The notes: generated by a model from the sequence alone, not told the origin. Positions 1 through 11,000 are shown, counted from the first letter of the stretch. The stretch is 24,000 nt of DNA from Xanthomarina spongicola (GCF_003148645.1 NZ_QGGP01000005.1:96751-120750), one strand, 5' to 3'. Program-made: numbers and translations.

Positions 1-72
1 TACAGCCGTTTGCTCGTTCATCCTAAAATTGATAGGTCGAATCATCAAGATTGTATTTGTTGTCTGTTGCAT
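1..72 (-). CDS. N-terminus of a probable CtlX/arginine-deiminase-related amidinotransferase-family protein (partial, runs off the left edge)
   Basis: Reverse complement of 1-72 starts with ATG and reads MQQTTNTILMIRPINFRMNEQTAV in an open frame to the edge. This resembles the N-terminus of Bacteroidota citrulline utilization hydrolase (CtlX)-type proteins from recall. Only 24 codons are visible. Confidence 0.5.
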   Translation of the reverse strand, partial: MQQTTNTILMIRPINFRMNEQTAV

Positions 73-184
73 GAATTTGAATTTAAATTGCAAAATTACT
101 TTATTAAAATGAAATGTAATTATGTAAAGTAAAAAAATTGTAACTTTAAACTACCTTGTCAATAATTTATAAAATCTTATAATT

Positions 185-691
185 ATGAAATATGCTTTCC
201 TCCTTTTTGCTTCTTTAATATTATGTGTTTCCTGTCAAAATAACACTCAAACTGAAGATATAAATCCAATAAATTGGAAAAAAAGAAGTGTTGACTTACC
301 AATGAATGATACTTTAACGAAGGGAAAAAGCTATTTGTCTGTTTATTCTGAAATCTATAGTATTACAGAACATAGAACCATTAACTTAACAGTAACAGTT
401 AGTTTAAGAAATGTAAGTATAAATGAGCCTGTTTATCTTTTAGATGCTTCTTACTACAATACCAAAGGCGATTTAATTAGATCTTACTTTAAAGATCCCG
501 TATTATTAAACCCTTTAGAAACCATTGAAATAATTATTGACGAAAAAGATACTCATGGTGGTTCTGGTGCCAATTTTATTTTCGATTGGGCTTTAAATCA
601 TTCTGGTCATGAACCCTTATTTGAAGCAGTTATGATATCTACATCAGGCCAGCAAGGTATTTCGTTCACAACGCAAGGAGTAACATTATAA
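185..691 (+). CDS. Small lipoprotein, DUF3124-like
   Basis: 168-aa ORF with lipoprotein signal peptide (FASLILCVSC lipobox). The body (GKSYLSVYSEIYS...LNPLETIEIIIDEKDTHGGSGANFIFDW) resembles DUF3124 proteins. Confidence 0.6.
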   Translation: MKYAFLLFASLILCVSCQNNTQTEDINPINWKKRSVDLPMNDTLTKGKSYLSVYSEIYSITEHRTINLTVTVSLRNVSINEPVYLLDASYYNTKGDLIRSYFKDPVLLNPLETIEIIIDEKDTHGGSGANFIFDWALNHSGHEPLFEAVMISTSGQQGISFTTQGVTL

Positions 692-702
692 AAATTTAAT
701 TA

Positions 703-1389
703 TCAAGGAGTTGAATTAGACACTTGAAGTGATTTCCCATTGTAATATTTTTGTCCATTTAAAGAAAAATCAAGAATATATTCTGCCATCTCTATAGCTG
801 TAGTTGGTGCCACATATCCAGGAAATGCCTCTTCAAGCATTTCTGTTTGTACAGCTCCTAAAGCAAGTACATTAAAACTAGGTCCTGTTTCTTTAAACTC
901 TTCAGCTAGTAATTCTGTAAGTATAATAAGAGCTCCTTTACTAGAGCTGTATGCCGAAAGTCCCGGGAATTTAACACTGCCTTGTATGCCTCCAATAGAA
1001 CTAATAGTAACTACATGACTGTTTTTTTTCATAAATGGAAGAACAGTTCTTATCATTTCTGAAACACCAAACACATTTGTTTTATAAACCTGCTCAAAAT
1101 CTGCCATAGTTGTTTCTACAAATGGTTTATTTATTAAGGTTCCTGCATTATTTATTAAAACATCTACCTGCTTCCAGTTTGTATTAATAAATTCTTCGAC
1201 TTTTTTGTAATCTGATATTTCACAAACATCACAAGAAATAGTGAAAACATTTTTTATCTGAAGCTCACTTATTGGATTTAAATTTCTAGACAATGCTAAA
1301 ACTTGGTGCCCTTGACTTGCAAATAACTTAACAAGTTCAAACCCTATACCTCTACTTGTCCCTGTAATAATGATGTTTCTAGTCTTCAT
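703..1389 (-). CDS. Short-chain dehydrogenase/reductase (SDR) family protein
   Basis: TGTSRGIG cofactor motif, NNAG motif, catalytic S...YSSSK (Y-x-x-x-K). Confidence 0.9.
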   Translation of the reverse strand: MKTRNIIITGTSRGIGFELVKLFASQGHQVLALSRNLNPISELQIKNVFTISCDVCEISDYKKVEEFINTNWKQVDVLINNAGTLINKPFVETTMADFEQVYKTNVFGVSEMIRTVLPFMKKNSHVVTISSIGGIQGSVKFPGLSAYSSSKGALIILTELLAEEFKETGPSFNVLALGAVQTEMLEEAFPGYVAPTTAIEMAEYILDFSLNGQKYYNGKSLQVSNSTP

Positions 1390-2410
1390 ACAATACTATT
1401 TCTTTAGTTGGAGTATTACTCATGACTTCGATTGCTGGAATAATTTTATTGATTAAAGATGCCATATGATTGTAATCTAATTTATCAGCTTCATCATGAA
1501 CATGATGATAAAAATTATAATTTGATAAATCGCAAGATGAAATGGTTTGACTTGGTAATTTGAATGCCTCATAAAATGGATGATTATCTGAAGCTCTAAA
1601 CAGTTGATATTGTTTAGCAATTTCAGAAAAACCCACTAAATTACTTCCTACATATTCATTAATTTTTGATGCCATATTAGATAAATCATATCCTGTAATA
1701 AAAACTTCATAATCTCTATCTGTAAAAGGAACACCAATCATTTCAAAATTTAACATGGTATATAAATTTACCTCTTCAGCTTTTAATTTACCAGCTAAAT
1801 GTTTTGAACCTAATAAGCCCATTTCTTCTGCAGAAAATAAAACAAACATCAAACTTCTACCATTCGATTTATTCTCTGAAAAATATTTAGCCATAGCCAA
1901 AACAGCACTTGTACCAGCTGCATTATCGTTAGCTCCATTGGCAATTGAATCGTTCTCAACGGCTTTTCCATAACCTATATGGTCGTAATGTGCTCCTATA
2001 ATAATTAATTCTTCTTTTAGATTTGCATTTTGTCCTTCAAGAAAGCCAACTACATTATATGCATTCTTGTCTCCTACCTTAAAAGAATCTAGATAGGTTT
2101 CAAAATATGGTTGTATACCATGTTTGTTAAATTTTTTCTCAATATACATAGCTGCTTTTGCTATCCCTTCTGTTCCTGTATTTCTACCTAGCAACTCATC
2201 TGATGATAAATAAGAAACCGTTTCATTTAATTCTAAAGATGTTATTAAACTATTCTTTTTTGAATTAGAAGATGATGCCATAATAACATCATTTTTTGAA
2301 GGATTTGGAATAATGTTTTGATTTGGATCATCATTATTCATAACAACTGTCGTTGATTTACATGCTACTAAAAGAAATCCAACTGAAATTAGTATTAAAA
2401 AGTGCTTCAT
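1379..2410 (-). CDS. M28-family zinc metallopeptidase lipoprotein
   Basis: Lipobox LLVACK. Metal-ligand motifs GAHYDHIG, NGANDNAAGTSAVLAMA, FSAEEMGLLGS and SDNHPFYEAF are typical of M28 peptidases. Confidence 0.9.
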   Translation of the reverse strand: MKHFLILISVGFLLVACKSTTVVMNNDDPNQNIIPNPSKNDVIMASSSNSKKNSLITSLELNETVSYLSSDELLGRNTGTEGIAKAAMYIEKKFNKHGIQPYFETYLDSFKVGDKNAYNVVGFLEGQNANLKEELIIIGAHYDHIGYGKAVENDSIANGANDNAAGTSAVLAMAKYFSENKSNGRSLMFVLFSAEEMGLLGSKHLAGKLKAEEVNLYTMLNFEMIGVPFTDRDYEVFITGYDLSNMASKINEYVGSNLVGFSEIAKQYQLFRASDNHPFYEAFKLPSQTISSCDLSNYNFYHHVHDEADKLDYNHMASLINKIIPAIEVMSNTPTKEIVLYED

Positions 2411-2558
2411 GTATTTATATATTTTGGTTTAAAGATAAAAAAAATTGATAGGTATGAAGATGCTTTCTTAACGTTTGTTTATTAGGATAGTTAAGGGGTA
2501 ATAAGATTTAGCTTAATTCACTAAAAATGATTAAATTGTAGAAAACAAATTTTAATAA

Positions 2559-3332
2559 ATGTCTTCAAGTAAATCTCCAATATATATCATGGTTATTGAG
2601 ACTAGTAATTTTTTACACAGACTTGAGGCAAATCAGTTTAATTTATTTACTCAAAAGCTTCATAATGGTATTTCTAATTTACTAAAAAAATTTGATGGAC
2701 GTATTTTAAATCACAACGACAACACCTATGAAGTGACGTTCAATACAGTAACAAACGCTGTTCTATGTGGCTTAAAATTGCGATCTAATTTTAAATACAT
2801 CACTCCTAAATTTGACAAATCCATTCGAGATTTAAAACTTGGAATAGCAGAAGGTAAATCTAATAACTCCAAATTATTGGCCTCCAGAATGTGTGAAGTG
2901 GTTGTGGAGGATAAATTTGTGGTTTCTGAAGCTGTCAAAATTGCATATGAAAAAGAAAACAGAAACAACTTTATTAATAGAGATGATATAAAAATTTTAA
3001 CGGTTTCTGAAGAGCAGTTTCTAACGCAACTAATGAACTATTTGGAAACCATTTGGAATGATGCAGGTTTTAAAGTTTATAGTTTTAGTGAATCTCTTGG
3101 CTTAAGCACCTCACAGTTTTATAGAAAGCTTAAAACATTAACAGGTAAATCCCCAAGTGAATTTTTAAGAAATTATAGACTGAAACAAGCCATGAACATG
3201 TTGCATACTAAAAAAGGTAACATTACTGAAATTGCCGAAAAAGCTGGATTTAACAGCCTGACTTATTTCTCAAAATGTTTTAAGGACACGTTTCATATTT
3301 TACCTTCAAAGTATCTTCAGCAGCATGCATAA
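2559..3332 (+). CDS. AraC-family transcriptional regulator with an N-terminal domain resembling a degenerate class III nucleotide cyclase
   Basis: C-terminal AraC HTH (LGLSTSQFYRKLKTLTGKSPSEFLRNYRLKQAMNMLHTKKGNITEIAEKAGFNSLTYFSKCFKDTFHILPSKY). The N-terminal ~150 aa is discussed in findings. Confidence 0.85.
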   Translation: MSSSKSPIYIMVIETSNFLHRLEANQFNLFTQKLHNGISNLLKKFDGRILNHNDNTYEVTFNTVTNAVLCGLKLRSNFKYITPKFDKSIRDLKLGIAEGKSNNSKLLASRMCEVVVEDKFVVSEAVKIAYEKENRNNFINRDDIKILTVSEEQFLTQLMNYLETIWNDAGFKVYSFSESLGLSTSQFYRKLKTLTGKSPSEFLRNYRLKQAMNMLHTKKGNITEIAEKAGFNSLTYFSKCFKDTFHILPSKYLQQHA

Positions 3333-3366
3333 AAAAACCCTATTTCAACTTAATGAAACAGGGTTT
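3330..3366 (-). terminator. Rho-independent-type terminator for the minus-strand PDH operon
   Basis: AAACCCTATTTCA (3335-3347) / TGAAACAGGGTTT (3354-3366). On minus-strand RNA the single mismatch becomes a G-U pair and the stem is followed by a U tract. It lies between convergent genes. Confidence 0.7.
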
Positions 3367-3402
3367 ATAAATATGTTTTATAAACTACACTCTAAATAGT
3401 AA

Positions 3403-5037
3403 TTACACCAACATAGTAACAGGATTTTCTATATATTCTTTTAAAGTTAATAGAAACTCTGAACCAGTTGCTCCATCTACTGTTCTATGGTCGCAAGCCA
3501 TAGTTAATTTCATAGTATTACCTACAACTATTTGTCCGTTTTTAACTACTGGTTTTTCAACAATAGCTCCAACAGATAAAATAGCTGAATTAGGCTGATT
3601 GATTATTGAAGTAAAACTCTCAATTCCAAACATCCCTAAATTAGAAATAGTAAAGGTGCTACCTTCCATTTCTTGAGGTGTTAATTTTTTATTTCTAGCT
3701 CTTACTGCATAATCTTTTACTGAAGCTCCAATTTGAGTTAAACTCTGCTCATTGGCAAATTTTACTACTGGAACAACCAAACCATCTGGAACAGCAACAG
3801 CTACTCCAATATGAACGTGGTTATTAATTTGCATTCTATCATCAAACCACTGAGAATTAACTTGAGGATGCCTTTTTAATGCTAAAGCACATGCTTTAAC
3901 AATAATATCGTTGAATGAGATTTTAGTTTCTGGTAACGAATTGTATTGTTGACGGAATGCTATAGCATTCTCCATATCAAACTCCACATTTAAATAATAA
4001 TGAGGTGCTGTAAATTTAGATTCAGCTAAACGTTTGGCTATTACCTTACGCATTTGCGAATGTTTCACCTCATCAAAATCTTCTTGTCCACTAGGTATAA
4101 ATTTACCAACTGAAGCAGATGATGTACCTGGAGTGAAATTCTCGATGTCACGTTTTACTATTCTTCCGTTTTCACCAGTTCCTTGTACTTGAGATAGGTT
4201 TATTCCTTTTTCTTCGGCCATTTTTTTAGCTAATGGCGAAACAAATATTCTACTTGAATTTGACGTTGAGACTGAAGTTTGAGACTTCTCAGCAGAACTT
4301 ATACTGAGCGCAGTAGAAGTGCTTGAAGTAACAGTTGTGTCTTTTTTAGTTTCAGCTTTAGGAGTTGTTTCCTCTTTTTTAGCTGAATCACCTTCTGCTT
4401 TAAAGTTTTTTGCTACTACAGAAACATCTGTCCCTTTTGGACCAATGATAGCTAAAAGTGAATCTACTTTGGCAGATTCTCCTTCTTGCAATCCAATATG
4501 CAATAAGGTTCCTGATTGAAATGACTCAAACTCCATAGTAGCTTTATCTGTTTCAATTTCAGCAAGAATTTCACCTTCCTCAACCGTGTCTCCAACTTTT
4601 TTCAACCAAGTTGCAACGGTTCCTTCTTCCATTGTGTCACTTAATCTTGGCATAGTAACTACAGTAACTCCTTCAGGAAGACTCACTTCTTCTTTTGCTT
4701 CTGAATTAGATTCTTCGCTATCGCTTTGAACAATATTTACTTTAGATGCATTCTCTGAAACTTTTGGATTGGAGACTAATAACTCAGAAATATCTTCTCC
4801 TTTTTCTCCAATAATTGCTAAAAGCTCATCTACTTTAGTAGTTTCTCCTTCTTGTACTCCAATATGTAATAAGATTCCTTCATGAAAAGATTCAAATTCC
4901 ATTGTAGCTTTATCTGTTTCTATTTCTGCTAAAATATCTCCTTCGCTTACTTTATCTCCAACTTTTTTCAACCAAGTAGCAACAGTACCTTCTTCCATGG
5001 TATCGCTTAAACGAGGCATATTTATTATTTCTGCCAT
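3403..5037 (-). CDS. pdhC: Pyruvate dehydrogenase complex E2, dihydrolipoamide acetyltransferase, with two lipoyl domains
   Basis: Two ETDKATMEFES lipoyl motifs, an E3/E1-binding domain (FVSPLAKKMAEEKGINLSQVQGTGENGRIVKRDIE) and a C-terminal catalytic motif (MTMACDHRTVDGATGSEFL). Confidence 0.95.
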   Translation of the reverse strand: MAEIINMPRLSDTMEEGTVATWLKKVGDKVSEGDILAEIETDKATMEFESFHEGILLHIGVQEGETTKVDELLAIIGEKGEDISELLVSNPKVSENASKVNIVQSDSEESNSEAKEEVSLPEGVTVVTMPRLSDTMEEGTVATWLKKVGDTVEEGEILAEIETDKATMEFESFQSGTLLHIGLQEGESAKVDSLLAIIGPKGTDVSVVAKNFKAEGDSAKKEETTPKAETKKDTTVTSSTSTALSISSAEKSQTSVSTSNSSRIFVSPLAKKMAEEKGINLSQVQGTGENGRIVKRDIENFTPGTSSASVGKFIPSGQEDFDEVKHSQMRKVIAKRLAESKFTAPHYYLNVEFDMENAIAFRQQYNSLPETKISFNDIIVKACALALKRHPQVNSQWFDDRMQINNHVHIGVAVAVPDGLVVPVVKFANEQSLTQIGASVKDYAVRARNKKLTPQEMEGSTFTISNLGMFGIESFTSIINQPNSAILSVGAIVEKPVVKNGQIVVGNTMKLTMACDHRTVDGATGSEFLLTLKEYIENPVTMLV

Positions 5038-5040
5038 AGC

Positions 5041-6039
5041 TTATATTTTATGTTGAATAAATGGATAATCTTTTTGCTCGTAAACAGCATCGTACATGAC
5101 GTTTATATCTGGATATGGAGACTCTTCAGCAAATTTTTCACATTCACTTACTAATTCTTTAACGCGTTTATCAATTTTTTTGATCTCTGCTTCAGTAGCA
5201 TATTTCTTTTCAAGAATAACCTCTTTTACTTGAGTAATAGGATCTATTTTCTTGTATTCTTCTACTTCATCTTTTGTTCTATAATGTTGTGCATCACTCA
5301 TAGAATGACCTCTATAACGATAAGTCTTTAACTCTAAAAATGTTGGACCATCTCCACGTCTTGCTCTTTTAATAGCTTCATCGAAAGCTTCAGCAACCTT
5401 AACAGGATTCATCCCATCCACAGGTCCACAAGGCATTTCGTAACCTTTACCTAATTTCCAAATATCTGTATGGTTTGCAGTACGAGCTACTGAAGTTCCC
5501 ATAGCATAACCATTGTTTTCACAAACAAAAACTACTGGCAATTTCCAAAGCATGGCCATATTAAAAGTTTCATGAAGCGATCCTTGCCTTGCAGCTCCAT
5601 CTCCAAAACAACATAAAGTAACTGCGTCTATATTATGATATTTATCTCCAAATGCAATACCAGCTCCTAATGGTATTTGACCTCCTACTATACCATGGCC
5701 ACCATAAAAACGATGTTCTTTAGAAAAAATATGCATAGAGCCTCCTAAACCTTGAGATGTTCCTGTAGCCTTACCATATAATTCTGCCATAACACGTCTT
5801 GGATCAACTCCCATTCCAATTGGTTGGACATGATTTCTATAAGCAGTAATCATTTTATCTTTAGTTAAGTCCATAGCGTGTAAAGCGCCAGCAAGAATAG
5901 CTTCTTGTCCATTATATAAATGAAGAAATCCTCTAACTTTTTGTTGAATGTAAACGGCAGCTAGTTTGTCTTCAAACTTTCTCCAGAACAACATATCTTC
6001 ATACCACTTAAGGTAAACTTCTTTTGTTATTTTTTGCAT
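5041..6039 (-). CDS. pdhA: Pyruvate dehydrogenase E1 component, alpha subunit
   Basis: Thiamine diphosphate motif GDGAARQGSLHETFNMAMLWKLPVVFVCENN, RYRGHSMSD phosphorylation-loop-like motif. Three bp upstream of pdhC in the same orientation. Confidence 0.95.
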   Translation of the reverse strand: MQKITKEVYLKWYEDMLFWRKFEDKLAAVYIQQKVRGFLHLYNGQEAILAGALHAMDLTKDKMITAYRNHVQPIGMGVDPRRVMAELYGKATGTSQGLGGSMHIFSKEHRFYGGHGIVGGQIPLGAGIAFGDKYHNIDAVTLCCFGDGAARQGSLHETFNMAMLWKLPVVFVCENNGYAMGTSVARTANHTDIWKLGKGYEMPCGPVDGMNPVKVAEAFDEAIKRARRGDGPTFLELKTYRYRGHSMSDAQHYRTKDEVEEYKKIDPITQVKEVILEKKYATEAEIKKIDKRVKELVSECEKFAEESPYPDINVMYDAVYEQKDYPFIQHKI

Positions 6040-6208
6040 CTAAATTGTTATTAAGATAATGCTTAAGATTAACCTTATTAAAAACCAACGCGTAATTCCA
6101 ATATTAATTTGGAATAAGCGAATAGCAAAAATACTACTTTAGTTACTAATGAAAAAACTGTATTTCGTAAATTTTGTTGAGAAACTAATAATTTGTCTGT
6201 TAAATATC

Positions 6209-6691
6209 TTAAAGAACAGATTTATCGAATACCAATGGTAGTAGGTTTGCTAAAGAATGAGACTTCACTACTTTACCAGTTTCACCCATAAAATATATTT
6301 CTATTGGAGAATCTTGCTTGACTTCATATTCTGCAATAGCTTGTCTACAAGCTCCACAAGGTGGAATTGGTGTAATGGTTTGATGAATTCTAGAACCAGC
6401 AATAATAGCCATTTTTAATATTTTAGCGTCTGGAAATTGAGAACCAGCATAGTATATTGCTGTTCGTTCTGCGCATAAACCTGATGGATATGATGCATTT
6501 TCTTGATTACTTCCTAAAACAATTTGATTATTGTCTAATAATATGGCTGCACCTACACTAAACTTTGAATAAGGTGAATATGAATTTTTTCTAGCTTTAA
6601 CTGCTTGATTCATTAATTCTGAAATATCTGATGGCAACTCTTCTATATTATCGAATACAGTTAATGTTGATTCAATTTTTATTTCTTTCAT
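6209..6691 (-). CDS. cdd: Cytidine deaminase
   Basis: CAERTAIYYA and PCGACRQAIAEY zinc-binding motifs, 160 aa. Confidence 0.93.
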   Translation of the reverse strand: MKEIKIESTLTVFDNIEELPSDISELMNQAVKARKNSYSPYSKFSVGAAILLDNNQIVLGSNQENASYPSGLCAERTAIYYAGSQFPDAKILKMAIIAGSRIHQTITPIPPCGACRQAIAEYEVKQDSPIEIYFMGETGKVVKSHSLANLLPLVFDKSVL

Positions 6692-6733
6692 TCTTTATTA
6701 TATATACTTAAAGTTAGCAATACTATTTTAGAC

Positions 6734-6765
6734 AAAAAAACTATTGCGTTTGCAATAGTTTTTTT
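6734..6765 (-). terminator. Hairpin terminator, probably for porU-porV transcription (symmetric, could act in both directions)
   Basis: Perfect 14-bp inverted repeat AAAAAAACTATTGC-GTTT-GCAATAGTTTTTTT between porV and cdd. Confidence 0.8.
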
Positions 6766-6786
6766 ATATCTAATTAATCATAAAAA

Positions 6787-8034
6787 TTAATATTCAGAAT
6801 AAGCTTCTCTATCTATATTGAAAACTAGTGAGAAACGTAAAGTATTTTCTAATGGGCTTGGTACTTGAGATGCTGAGAATAAGTAAGACAAGTCTAGGCC
6901 AATTACATTATATTTAAATCCAGCTCCTATTGAGAAAAATTGTCTTGCACCTTTTTCTGGACTCTCATGAAAATATCCTGCTCTAAATGCAAAAGAGTCT
7001 TGATAAGAATATTCTGCGCCAATTGCCCAAGTTACTTCTTGCATTTCTTCGCTAAAGCCTCCTGGAGCATCTCCAAAAGATTGGAACATACCTTTAACAA
7101 AGCCAACATCTGGATCTTTTCCTTCAATTATGTAATTGTTGTCTTCACTTATTAATATATCTCCATCAGCTGGTTCGTAAACCCCATCATCATTAACGTC
7201 GTCGTATACTAATTGTGTTCCAGTAATTGGAGGAGTTGGTACTAATAATTTTGTGAATTCTGCTGTTAAAGAAACTCTATTATAATCGTCAAGTAAAAAA
7301 TCGAATCCAGCCCCTAAACGTAGATTTGTAGGCTGAAAGTTTTCTTGTCCTCCTTCATCATACTTAAATTTTGGACCAATATTTTGAATAGCAAATCCAA
7401 ATCGATATTTTCCATTAAAGCTATTAAATGCTTGTTCTTCGCTTTGATAGAATCCAGAAATATCTACACCAAAAGTACTTGCTGCAGATGTGTCTCCATT
7501 TCCATCTGGAATTTTTAAATCGGAATTTAAATAACGCATTGCAACAGACATACCGAACTGATCGCTTAATCTTAATGCATAAGACACATCAAAAGTAAAC
7601 TCGTTAGGACTCTGTATTAATGGTGTTTGGTTTTCATCTTCAACAAATTCTATATCACCTAAAGAAAAGTATCTAAAACTCGCAGCAAATGAGCTTCTTT
7701 CATTTATTCTATTAAAATAAGTAAGGCTTCCTAAAAATATATCGTTTACTAATTTACTTAAATATGGTGTATAACTAATAGCAACTCCTTGTTTGGTTTC
7801 TGAAAACACATATTTTGAAGAATTCCATTGCTGAGAAAATCCATCTACAGATGTTGCAACTCCCATATCTCCCATGGATGCTGCACGAGCATCTGAAGCG
7901 ATTAATAAAAAAGGTACTCCTGTTGTTATAACTCGTGAATCGTAAGGATCTGGAGTGATTTCTTCAACTATGTTTTGTGATTGTATTTGAGTTGCAAAAA
8001 ATAATGCTGATAACATTAATATTGATTTCTTCAT
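6787..8034 (-). CDS. porV: Type IX secretion system outer-membrane protein PorV (LptO family)
   Basis: Signal peptide, ITTGVPFLLIASDARAASMGDMGVATS motif, beta-barrel-like sequence, directly downstream of porU. Confidence 0.93.
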   Translation of the reverse strand: MKKSILMLSALFFATQIQSQNIVEEITPDPYDSRVITTGVPFLLIASDARAASMGDMGVATSVDGFSQQWNSSKYVFSETKQGVAISYTPYLSKLVNDIFLGSLTYFNRINERSSFAASFRYFSLGDIEFVEDENQTPLIQSPNEFTFDVSYALRLSDQFGMSVAMRYLNSDLKIPDGNGDTSAASTFGVDISGFYQSEEQAFNSFNGKYRFGFAIQNIGPKFKYDEGGQENFQPTNLRLGAGFDFLLDDYNRVSLTAEFTKLLVPTPPITGTQLVYDDVNDDGVYEPADGDILISEDNNYIIEGKDPDVGFVKGMFQSFGDAPGGFSEEMQEVTWAIGAEYSYQDSFAFRAGYFHESPEKGARQFFSIGAGFKYNVIGLDLSYLFSASQVPSPLENTLRFSLVFNIDREAYSEY

Positions 8035-8067
8035 AAATTCTATTTATTTAACAAATATATATTTTTA

Positions 8068-11000
8068 TTATAGTATAACAAGTTTCTCTATTTTTTCGAC
8101 GGTTTTATTTAACGTAGCAGATCTTACTGTAAGTTTATAAATATAAACTCCTTTACCTATTTTGTCTCCAAAATCGTCTCTTCCATCCCATATAATTTCT
8201 CTAGATAAGGATGAAGCTCCATTATTACAACATTCACCACTGTTTGTTTGCCCACTTAAGGTTCTAACTATTTTACCTGTAACAGTGAATATTTGAACTA
8301 AAACGTCTAAAGGTTCCGAACTATTGTGGTTAAACCAAAATTCTGTGTAATTAACAAAAGGATTTGGATAATTTAAAACATTATCGATAACCAACTCTTG
8401 ATTCTCGTCAAACACCACAAATTGTATTTCAGTTGTGGATGAATTATTATAAACATCCCAAGCTTTTATTGTTAATGTGTGCATTCCTGCTTCTAAATCT
8501 CTTAAGGGATAAGTAACAACTCCTCTTTGGTAATCGTCTAGTTCTGTTTGATAATAATCATTTAACACATAAGGATTGGCTTCATCTCCATCAAGAATTC
8601 CAACAATATCATGACCAATGCCACTAGCTGTATTAATACCATTATCATCTTGCAGTTTTAATATAAGACTTGGTGAGCTATTTGTTATACCTCCAGAAAC
8701 AAAACTTTCATCATTCATATATGCATTAATTACAGGGCCAATATTATCCTCTTCTGCATTTTCATTCAATCCACCTATTTGAACTTGACCTACACTTGCT
8801 CCAGTGTGGTCAATAAGTTGATTTTGTTTTTTTGCGTAAAAACTAACCTTACCAAACCCAACTGGAATACCAATATCTCGGGGAACTACAAATTCTATAT
8901 CGAATTGGCCATTAGTTATAGATGATTGCCCTCTAAAAATAATAGCTCCAAGAGTTTCAAAATCCATGATAATTACCTGCCCACTATCTCTGGTTCCGTC
9001 ATTTCCTAGGGTTTGTCTATCAATTTTTTTATCATAAATAGTTGACGAAAGTATACCGTTAAAATCACTCATAACATTTCCTGATGCATCAAGTACTTCT
9101 CCAGACAACTTAACGCGTCCTAATGCTTGAAGCACATCAGTTGTTCCTGTAATTGGAGTATCATTTATTTTTGTTAAAACAATATTAGGCTTAGGGAAGG
9201 CTAATTTCATAGCAGGATCTCCTATAAAAAACACCAGTCTTCTTTGACCTCCATTTGAAATTGCTGGATTATTTTTTGTAAGTCGCAATGCTTCAGCCAT
9301 GCTTGGGTATTCGTTATCAGGAATATTATCATTTTCACTATATGAGAATAGATATTCCTCCAAAATCGTATTAAAAGTAACTCCTACATTTACATAAATT
9401 TGCCTAGTAGTTGTTATTAAACCAATAGCTCCACCCTCTTTATTCCAATACGTATATTCTCCAGCTGTTGGACGAATTGGATTATCGAATTTGGTAAACT
9501 CACAAGTTACAGTTACAAAACAATTAAGTTTACAAACATTATTTAATTCCTGTGCATCTGGTTTTTCGAAAATTCGCTCGTGGGCTAAACCATCTTCACC
9601 TCCATGTCCAAAATAATTAACAACTAGCGCTCCTGTTTCTAAAGCATTTTTTATGGCAGTATTTACTGTTGGGTATCTATCTCCTCCAGCTGAAGACTCC
9701 TGTTGAAAGGCATCTGAATGTATTTTAGTAACATTTATAAATGGTTTTTTGGCAGTCACCACATTCCCAATAGAATCTGTGGTTACCTGAAGTATTTTCT
9801 CCCAAGATTCATCTACATCGTCTGATATAACAACAAAATTATTTCTCCAACTACCAAAAGAAGATTCAATATAATATCTTTCAACTTTATCTACCATGTC
9901 TTTAGCTCTTTGGTAAGAATCTGCTAAAATTCTACCAACTGCTAAATCTAATTTATCTGAAATATCCATGGATCCTTCATTAAAATCCATCATGCCATAA
10001 AAATCGTCTGAAACAAACGAACTGGTTAAATTAAAACTATTGTAAGCATGCCAAGAAGGAACAATATTCGTGTTATTTGGAATTCTATCTTTATAATCGA
10101 ATGATCCATCACCAAATAAACATACATACTTAATTCTTTTATCTGGTGTACTAGCATTATCATAAATATATTTTACAAAATTTCTAATGGCCCCAATATC
10201 TTGATTCCCTGTACTAAACTCTGAATATATTTTATACAATGGAACAACCTTCACATTTAATTGATTAACATTTCTATTAATTTGAGCCAACCTTTCAGCT
10301 TGATTCATGTAACTATTTGGAGTAATAATTAAATAATCTATATCTTTAAATTGCCCTTGTGAATCTTGAAAAATAGTCCCTTTTAAATCCTGATTATTAA
10401 CTGTTTTATAAGCACCAATAGTTGGTTCATAATAATTTAAAGGTGTAACAATGGCATAGTATTTTAATGACCCTAATGAAGATGCAAAACTGATGTTAGA
10501 ACTATTATCTGAGTTTACAAGATTGGTGACATTATAAATATCTGTTACATTCCATATTTCAGATACTTGAGACGTATTTGTTAGATTATATTGACCAATC
10601 CCAGACATTTGTGAAACAGCATTATTTCTAAATGTATATTGATTACCAGAAAAATTTAACATTCTTGTAGCCTCAATTGATATATAATCTATATAAGCTA
10701 AAGCTGAAGGAATCCCTCCATCATTATGTGTTAAACTAACTGATAAATTTGAAGAATTAACAAGAATATTGTCATCAAAACTATTCTCTTGAGCAAGATT
10801 AGAATCTGTAATTGCTGGCAATGATAAAGAAACTATATTATTTCCATTAATTGCAATCTGCATGCTAGTTGCTATTTCAGAAGTAGAACCAAGAAAAACT
10901 TTGAAATTTATTGGTTCTGTAGTAACTAAATCTGGAAAAGAAAAATCGAAGGTTTTAGTGTCTTCAATATCGAATTTATCACCAAACCATCTTCTTCCAA

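Noticed and set aside
185-691. Small lipoprotein as an unknown toxin or defence factor
   Set aside because: It has a lipoprotein signal and a DUF3124-like sequence, with no associated immunity, nuclease or mobile genes.
1755-1973. Small ORFs antisense to long CDSs (1755-1973, 2726-2968, 4319-4519, 6940-7155, 13566-13748, 17589-17777, 18012-18278, 20499-20798, 23466-23675)
   Set aside because: Each lies wholly inside a well-supported gene on the other strand, has low-complexity or non-domain sequence, and is expected from AT-rich codon usage.
6126-6133. Minus-strand TATTTTTG upstream of pdhA (and TAATTTTG at 91-98 and 12011-12018) as Bacteroidota -7 (TAnnTTTG) promoter elements
   Set aside because: The motif matches and the positions are plausible, but no convincing TTG -33 element sits at the expected spacing and such octamers are common by chance in AT-rich DNA. 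Needs transcription start mapping.
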